Below, one piece after another: positions 58,301-64,000 of a stretch of 64,000 nucleotides of DNA. The translations under genes were made by a program, and so were the position numbers. Location: positions 372,001-436,000 of the forward strand of contig BROI01000005.1 in NCBI GenBank assembly GCA_027923505.1, read 5' to 3'. The stretch's first letter is position 1, and the number at the start of each line of letters is the position of its first letter. This stretch comes from Mayamaea pseudoterrestris (lineage: Eukaryota). A model generated the notes under the pieces. That model saw only the letters and a list, made by a program, of their open reading frames with translations, was not told where the DNA came from and did no database searches.

Positions 58301-61141
58301 CGCGACTAACTGAAATGCCATCTGCTCTTCCTTTTGCTGGGACTTCACCTGATAACCAGTAACATACATTACAGCACGCCCGCTTATTCCAAAGGTTACA
58401 TTATTGTTGCAACACAGCAACTGAGTGATACCGTCATTGTTGCGGTTCATGAACACATCCCCAATATCACGCTTGGGTTGGAGAGTGAACATATACTCAA
58501 TACTTTGGAGCCCCATAAAATCCGACCAAACGTCAGGTTTTTCACAATACACAAAGTGGTCGCTAGAGGACACCGCCTCAGGAAGGTTAGCAAAACATTC
58601 ATCGCCTTTTTTGAAACATCTGGTTGTGTGTGTGGGAAAATGCGAGTTCACAGCAACATTAGCAGCGAAACGTCTCAGACATGACTCCTTCGACTCTTCG
58701 ACGTCTGAATACCAACTGAAATTCTTCTGATCTTCGTAACATTGATAGTTAAGACGCGGGACTGACTTTTCGGGGTAGTCAAACTTTGAATATCCTTCTC
58801 CATGTATATTGCTACCAAAATGGGTATCCAACGCACGCTTGATAATATCTTGCACCGTGAAAACAGTCTTGCACATTCGACAAGACGCAATAGTACCCTT
58901 GTGCGTAAGACATTGCTTCTTGTGACGCATTTGACGTATACAGTCATTGCCAACTGATTCGATTTCACCTTGTACATGACTACCTGTCCACAATCGCTTC
59001 CGCCTGCAGTCGCAATCGAAAACAGAATGCGAAGATAATTTCCCTCCGGTGCCAAAATCACCAAACAACGAAGCTGAACAAATTCCAGAGTAATATTCCA
59101 AAACATTGGAAGCAAGACGAGTAAATGACGCGGGTCCCGTTTTTTTCTGTAACGCCAACTGAACTGCAGGCCAGTGCTTAATAAACAATAGAAAATGGCC
59201 ATGAAGCGTTTTGCGGCCCTGTTCTTCCGTCGCCAAACACCACGCCACCATGTCTCCGAATATGCCGATTCCCTTACTCTTCTGATTGTCTATATCCCAA
59301 TTGAACAAATGACGAATAACAGCTTTCACAACGCGTTCATATTCCTCAGCGCACAATCCAGGATGCTCGTACCGAACATCCTGACGCATCCGAAAGTTGT
59401 CGATAATCTGTCGGTCAGTAAGGCTCGCCACGTTGACTGTGCTGTCGGGATTATAATTTTCTTTGCCGAGGGCGTAAACAACAATGCGATAGTTGCGCTG
59501 GTCGTCCGGTGAAACCGTTAGAAAGATTGCGGGCATCCCGAATTTCATGAGGAACGAGAAATATACTTTTCGAGCCTCCTGCGACGCTTCATTTGTATGC
59601 GGCAAGTTCTCACATACCGCTGTTATACTGCGCAGAAAACGATGCTCTGTAGTACTTCTTCGGCTTACACCATGCTGTTGCTGACAGTCTGTAATCGCCT
59701 TTTCAAACTGATCGTGGGACATGGTACCATATTTGTCTGCAATGGAACGACCATCTGTTTGTTTTATATTACACTGAATCACAACACTTTTAAAGATGAT
59801 CTCCTTGAGAATAAGATTTTCGATAACCAAAACAAACATAGGTCCATGAAAGACAGATTTGCGATGCCGAAGATACTTCTTGTAAACATCGATACGATTT
59901 CGACTGCATTGATTCTTGTTTCCTTTTCTCTTCTTCAATTTCAAAACGGCCGGGTCATCAGCTAGACCGGTAAATCCATACGGAAACTGCAAAATGAAGG
60001 CATCTGCAATGGTGTCCCCCTGAAAGTCCATGAATTTATCTGCAGAAGGCCGAGCGTGCATCTGCGCCTCGAACTTCCCTCCATTATGTTCCAATACGTA
60101 TCTGCGGAATTCATCCTGTGTCTGAAACGTTCCATTCATGCGACCAGGAAGTGTGACATCAGGAAAGACATGGGTGATACTCATTTCGTTCTCCACATCA
60201 ACGCTTACACTCCTTTGCCATTCCACCTTATCTTCGACAATTCTCGGTATTGGCAAGCTGGCAGGGTCGGGTATATGAAGGTCCCTGTAGCGGAAATTGT
60301 TCACCTTCAACCAATTCCAAGCATTTATCACCTTTTCCGGATCAACACGGGTCTTTTGTAATACTTTGGCTTTCTGCGTCGATGTAAAGGGTCCGCACAA
60401 GACAACAAGTAGTCTCCCATGCAAGCCAGAATCCTGTATTTGCATCATATTCGCAACGTTCGTCTCAGGATGATTTTTTAGTAGTGTAGTCCATCCTTTT
60501 ATTTGTTTGTGACAGCCTCCAAAGAACACCCATGTTTGACAATGAAGTTTGGCTTTGCATACCAATGCCAATTCAACTTCGTTAAGACACTTGAGCTCTT
60601 CAGGTTCATGACCGATAACGTAGCCGTTGGCAATTGACTGCCGCGGCGGACGGCGTCTGTCTGCATGCTTCACTTCTGCGTTAGTCTCAAGGTCAGCCAG
60701 ACACTTACGACATATGCTTATTTCATTCCTTTTGTTCACAAAAGCATCAGGTGATAGAACATAATCCTTTAACGTAGGATGAGTTGCAGTGTATTCATTT
60801 AACAACTCTATTGGATAAACATCCGAAAGATCAGTCTTCCGCATCTTAGCATTCGAACAAAGAGACGCAATTCTTGCAACTGATACCATTTTATGCCAAT
60901 ATGCTTCATCTGGTATTCCGTCACAAACGCAGCAGAAAACTGCATGAAGAGTTTTAGTCTGGGGCTCTTTAATTACATAACTTTCGAGCTCCTGAGAAGC
61001 CCTGGCTAAAAGTTCGCGTTTGGTCTCCGTCGATGGTATTGCGAGACGCATTATTGCAAAAAGATGTAAAACGAATGTGATATGCATGACACAGACAAAG
61101 ACATATGTATTATGATAACACAGCCTTCTACAAATAAACAT
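55367..61141 (-). CDS. Helitron RepHel transposase (HUH Rep endonuclease plus Pif1-family SF1 helicase), intact; likely start ATG at 61051
   Basis: Rep motifs IFLTVSP, EEQGRKTLHGHFLLF (HUH) and YVTGYQVK (two Tyr); helicase motifs GPAGAGKS, IIIDEISF, LGDFRQLEPI, QFPVVINHATTVHKLQGKSL and YVALSRVKSL; Cys-rich N-terminus with 'SIANG..IG..PEEL..L..VE..LV'. Confidence 0.93.
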   Translation of the reverse strand: MFICRRLCYHNTYVFVCVMHITFVLHLFAIMRLAIPSTETKRELLARASQELESYVIKEPQTKTLHAVFCCVCDGIPDEAYWHKMVSVARIASLCSNAKMRKTDLSDVYPIELLNEYTATHPTLKDYVLSPDAFVNKRNEISICRKCLADLETNAEVKHADRRRPPRQSIANGYVIGHEPEELKCLNEVELALVCKAKLHCQTWVFFGGCHKQIKGWTTLLKNHPETNVANMMQIQDSGLHGRLLVVLCGPFTSTQKAKVLQKTRVDPEKVINAWNWLKVNNFRYRDLHIPDPASLPIPRIVEDKVEWQRSVSVDVENEMSITHVFPDVTLPGRMNGTFQTQDEFRRYVLEHNGGKFEAQMHARPSADKFMDFQGDTIADAFILQFPYGFTGLADDPAVLKLKKRKGNKNQCSRNRIDVYKKYLRHRKSVFHGPMFVLVIENLILKEIIFKSVVIQCNIKQTDGRSIADKYGTMSHDQFEKAITDCQQQHGVSRRSTTEHRFLRSITAVCENLPHTNEASQEARKVYFSFLMKFGMPAIFLTVSPDDQRNYRIVVYALGKENYNPDSTVNVASLTDRQIIDNFRMRQDVRYEHPGLCAEEYERVVKAVIRHLFNWDIDNQKSKGIGIFGDMVAWCLATEEQGRKTLHGHFLLFIKHWPAVQLALQKKTGPASFTRLASNVLEYYSGICSASLFGDFGTGGKLSSHSVFDCDCRRKRLWTGSHVQGEIESVGNDCIRQMRHKKQCLTHKGTIASCRMCKTVFTVQDIIKRALDTHFGSNIHGEGYSKFDYPEKSVPRLNYQCYEDQKNFSWYSDVEESKESCLRRFAANVAVNSHFPTHTTRCFKKGDECFANLPEAVSSSDHFVYCEKPDVWSDFMGLQSIEYMFTLQPKRDIGDVFMNRNNDGITQLLCCNNNVTFGISGRAVMYVTGYQVKSQQKEEQMAFQLVAQVICRMLQRDQTLEDPLSDDHRVGFRRLLAGIYSHTGTHIVAAPMARHLALVGSRFQYSHDAVYLPCYGLQKMLENEFVIMSYKTRNKKTYITHKALDYLHRPVTCENECLYSYFEGYQVVATSKLDVMEERYELLESHPMAECQSVVMRKGVKAVPVFSWSWLGNTSSFLTSLHTDPDETSPDFKSKEEYCFKFMILFLPFRSLGDMTSLGTYQATFLEAKKSGQISDEMFTIADHIVSLANSHASQVPPNLVSLETELAESGPSEIDNQEFDNMQRHQQMAKLYQYLASSAFQGLEAEPVSFNFSQELPPEINLQCTAGTFSSDIQSEPLLHFDSSTSAVSEPEHTTVNATRFVSCTSELNSIVFSKFNDLSTDHAADIENEATPLLIVEPINNGVIASGSWKSIVDWSIACGLDKKQQMCFHILASTYVLSFMEEARNDWKENDARRGDFETNIIKLRMLARRALSVDGSPLRLFVTGPAGAGKSAILKEFITYAKSFSLMIDHEFTQGTIRLTALTGAAACEIGGTTSHSEFQIAMHKGVQKRDISNDSRISFKDTRMIIIDEISFADASFLEDLDSNLRELTEDRDTLMGKFPVVMLGDFRQLEPIGKHSLYREKTCVPWWLGVNCMVELEGKWRFVNDPVYGEIMDSLRKTGLSDEHRCLLNSRVVGSYDPQNIQRGPLQISNPNMIQYAVCYNKSRDAINQHLYERYLATYHSNATAEPGTIPLSAVVIKAGAVWSSTKQKLCFGQRKVLFEKCGESEVKSADTRCDPFLKLYKGCPLMSNQNKDVRNGIANGTTAVLDKVVLRPGVRLMPIQVNGYWVNSVDAADVDHLQLKWIGGRFQGRFRLESQGKNYKVRFPLDVGLESQRRKEVGIKLQQFPVVINHATTVHKLQGKSLDELVVVEWANKGMKNWFYVALSRVKSLAGLFLMAPVPVDLDFEPNEEYLDMMEYFRTKVLATDEQVLHLFEGVVN

Positions 61142-61158
61142 ATCGAGCGTTGAGGCAA

Positions 61159-61237
61159 AATTTCAAATTTCGCCAGCACGTACCAGCAAAACGATTCCTT
61201 CTCGTTAGGCGACGCGAGCGTGCTGGCGTTTGAAATT
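61159..61237. other. Inverted repeat / stem-loop immediately upstream of RepHel
   Basis: aatttcaaa(ttt)cgccagcacg at 61159-61180 pairs with cgtgctggcgtttgaaatt at 61219-61237. Confidence 0.75.
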
Positions 61238-61448
61238 GCTGTATAGCGGAATTTATCTATTTCGAATCCGTCAAACTACTTTTCGTGTCGAACGACAAGT
61301 GCTTTTCAGTTCATACGCTAACAAAAGGGGTTGTTCCGCACACGGTCGGCACAGTGTGGCCACAGGTCCAACACGATACACAAATCGCGAAGCCAAAAAC
61401 AACCGTCTACAAGCTAAATAACAATAGAAACACATACTATGTTGCCGA

Positions 61449-62402
61449 TTACTTAACTACGTCGACCCATTGATATCTTTTACGTCGAGCAATACCCTCC
61501 TTTTGTTGACGGCGATCTATCGCAATATGTCTGCGTGCCTCGAACTCCGACCTTGCAGGATTACGTTCCCCGCCGTACCGATGGAACAACGTCAAATATC
61601 TCTTCACTTCCGGAATGGATCGAAACTTGAAACCAAAATGATTTGTGTAATAGTAAGTGTCGAAACGAGCTTGCCTTTCCCCATTTCGCGAGACGCGCTG
61701 AACACGAGACTGTATCCATCCTCTATCCCAAGATATTTTCCTGCAATTGACCGGAGCGAAGAACTTACTTCCACACGATTCTCGCAAGCGGCTGTCCATA
61801 ATTACTCGCAGCGTGCGATATCTCTCTTTACACTCACCATCCGGAAGATAACGAAAGAATCGAGATAAATACGGCTTTTCGAATTCCTTATCGACCGTAT
61901 ACCCCATGCGCAGAAGTTCGTGAGCTCGCTCGTAAACAGCGTCAAACCGACTTCGAAACCTGTTATCCACAATACAGAATATGAAGTCCGTCAATGCATC
62001 CCCGCCTTCCTGGAACACTGATTCGTTGTCATTCGCAAGCTTCACCACATCGTTTACACCCGATGATCGAATTATATCGACGAGGGAGTGATTCAATACT
62101 TTAGATTCAGCCAACAACACTATAAACCATTCCAACAGAAGAGGCAACGCTTCAGTCTCTTCAGCCGAAACCGAAGTGCTATCCCATGAGTGACCTCTTT
62201 CAAGAAGCATCAGAGATGATCCGATCAAGCAAACTAGACGAGCCAAATGAATCGAGATGCGAAGGTAAACGGAGATGTCAAGATCGCTATCGCAGTTTAT
62301 CAAAGGACAACGATCGCTATCGCAGTTTATCAAAGGAGGACGACTGATGTTGATGGATCCGTTAGCGACCCGGCAGGAATCGCGCGCCGGGTGGTCGTCC
62401 AT
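61449..62402 (-). CDS. MBD-like domain protein 4
   Basis: WDRGWIQSRVQRVSRNGERQARFDTYYYTNHFGFKFRSIPEVKRYL; LLRMGY...LSRFF; true start may be downstream of 62402. Confidence 0.8.
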   Translation of the reverse strand: MDDHPARDSCRVANGSINISRPPLINCDSDRCPLINCDSDLDISVYLRISIHLARLVCLIGSSLMLLERGHSWDSTSVSAEETEALPLLLEWFIVLLAESKVLNHSLVDIIRSSGVNDVVKLANDNESVFQEGGDALTDFIFCIVDNRFRSRFDAVYERAHELLRMGYTVDKEFEKPYLSRFFRYLPDGECKERYRTLRVIMDSRLRESCGSKFFAPVNCRKISWDRGWIQSRVQRVSRNGERQARFDTYYYTNHFGFKFRSIPEVKRYLTLFHRYGGERNPARSEFEARRHIAIDRRQQKEGIARRKRYQWVDVVK

Positions 62403-62696
62403 TATTTCGCTGAAGCCGAATCACGTCAAGCAACTCAACGGTCGCACGATATCGGGAATCGCCATAAATGGCGACGTCTGTATAACAACGCTAAGTCACT
62501 AAGAACAAAGCCTGTAAATAGCCAACGATACATCATCGATGACAATGTCTACAATTATGCGTTGAGTTTTTCCGATCACGAAATTTGCTTTCCATATAAA
62601 CGAGATGTCGAAATCGAGCGTTGAGTTTTCTTGAACAGAGGAAATCACCTTTCGAAATAAACGAACTGACGATTTCTACCCTTCGGAAACGAAGAG

Positions 62697-63359
62697 ATGC
62701 TGTTACGAGTTGCACAAGTGCCAGCTTCAAAATGTTGTGCACACGGAAAATTACCCAACATTGCAATTAACTTCATGTACTGTGTTGCAGTGTCCAAAGT
62801 GTACAACATGTCGCTGATACAAGCGATTGCGAGACACGGTTCCCAAAGTCTATGCAAAATGATTCAAACATTGACTTGCTTGAGCACAGAACATCTCACC
62901 CAAGCTGTAATGAATAACGTAAACGACAACCTCCACAAGGACTTCAAGGAAACATGGACGCGAGTGGAGTCTCACGTGCAAATGGGTTTTGGAATGGAAC
63001 TATCTAACAATGAATACATGTTGTTTCGAACTCACATGCACGACAATGCGTCAGACACAAATCACTATGGAACTCTTCTTCGGTCGTTAGAGTCGACGAA
63101 AGATTGGGAAAAACTCAAATACTCCTGTCCCATAAACAACAAAACGATGAATTGGAAAATTGGCTGGATACAAATACGCAAACGACGACGCGCGCAGTAC
63201 GGCAGGAAACATAGATACGACAAGTTTTACTATTCACCGAAATTTGGATACAAATTCCGTTCGATCGTCGACGTCAAAGCGTTTGCAACCCATGTCGAAG
63301 AAGCGCAATCAAGTTTTGGCAACAAATCCGAAACAGTGGCTCAAAATAAAGTGCGATAA
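62697..63359 (+). CDS. MBD-like domain protein 5
   Basis: WKIGWIQIRKRRRAQYGRKHRYDKFYYSPKFGYKFRSIVDVKAF; HVQMGF...MLFRTH; true start probably a downstream Met. Confidence 0.8.
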   Translation: MLLRVAQVPASKCCAHGKLPNIAINFMYCVAVSKVYNMSLIQAIARHGSQSLCKMIQTLTCLSTEHLTQAVMNNVNDNLHKDFKETWTRVESHVQMGFGMELSNNEYMLFRTHMHDNASDTNHYGTLLRSLESTKDWEKLKYSCPINNKTMNWKIGWIQIRKRRRAQYGRKHRYDKFYYSPKFGYKFRSIVDVKAFATHVEEAQSSFGNKSETVAQNKVR

Positions 63360-64000
63360 TGGATAACAATCGGCGACATTTTCACATAACACGTCATTGA
63401 AACATGGTAGCAAACATTGTATAATTAGAATCAGTATCCATGTCAGGTTATTCAATATCCATCTTTTTGAACTTCAGAAAACATGGATCGAACTGCCCAA
63501 GGATGAGCCCTCCGTGATCTTGTAACAACCGAAATATACGAAGCCAAGCTATACGGTCAACCAAAGTGAATTGTGTTGTGTACAAACGTCAGAAAAGGAA
63601 AACACAGTAGGAGCAACCAACAACATGACATCGAAACGATACTTCAATGTAGCATGCCTGGCCACAGAACGATGCAGGTGATCGGTACGAGGTCACTTAA
63701 ATGCTGCTTGAACTCCTTCCACTTTGGTAATTAGACCAATTGCGTCTGGATTGATATTAAAGAGCAAAAAACGGAATGAGAACGTGCTTATTGCAATCAA
63801 TCGAGACGAATTGTAAACTCAGTGCTTTGCACAACTCCCCAAGCATTCTCATTTGATGAGCTCATTCATTTCAAGAACTCTCCAGCATTCAACCAAATTT
63901 GGTAAACAGTTCCATTACACTATAGAACAAGTGTATGAACGGTATCAACATGCCGAGAACAGACTGTAGCAAGCAGTCGATGAAACGAATACACGGGCGC

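Larger units (their letters stand above)
30430..64000. mobile_element. Putative giant Helitron-like element / cargo island (right end outside the window; left end approximate)
   Basis: Recognisable host genes stop after ERD2; intact RepHel; MBD-like paralogs and a shared non-coding block occur on both sides of RepHel; termini not identified. Confidence 0.6.

Noticed and set aside
30430..64000. Endogenous giant virus, Polinton or bacterial contaminant
   Set aside because: No capsid, packaging ATPase, PolB or integrase recognised; genes have spliceosomal introns; the only mobility gene is a RepHel. Cannot be fully excluded beyond the window edge
63400..64000. Further cargo gene or right terminus of the element
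   Set aside because: No long ORF, hairpin-CTRR signature or return to host genes is visible before the window ends

Overview
Eukaryotic DNA, most likely a diatom or related stramenopile (inferred from compact genes, short GT-AG introns, a plastid-type bipartite presequence and PSxx mucin-like repeats). The window has two halves. (1) 1-30.2 kb is gene-dense host chromosome: GPN1, tgt, an MgtE-type transporter, ArfGAP, purF, a large PqiA-motif membrane protein, VAMP7, SHMT, an SRP54/Ffh M-domain-like protein and ERD2, interrupted at 8.3-12.2 kb by a 144-bp higher-order repeat and two decayed LINE fragments. (2) ~30.4 kb to the window end is a >=33-kb island with no housekeeping gene I can recognise. 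It contains an intact 1,924-aa Helitron Rep-Pif1 helicase ORF surrounded by small paralogous genes. These include five intact members (plus one decayed copy) of a family with a shared 'MGF..R' module and a C-terminal methyl-CpG-binding (MBD)-like domain, a RING finger, a Tudor-like protein, a possible methyltransferase-fold protein and two other paralog families. A conserved ~130-bp block sits upstream of unrelated cargo genes on both sides of the RepHel. Best hypothesis (inference): a giant Helitron-like element carrying its own chromatin/DNA-methylation reader toolkit, possibly for anti-silencing. A 9.4-kb tandem duplication in the island has indels concentrated at the junction and may be partly an assembly/polishing artefact. 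Element termini could not be established. All domain calls are by-eye motif recognition; no searches were run.
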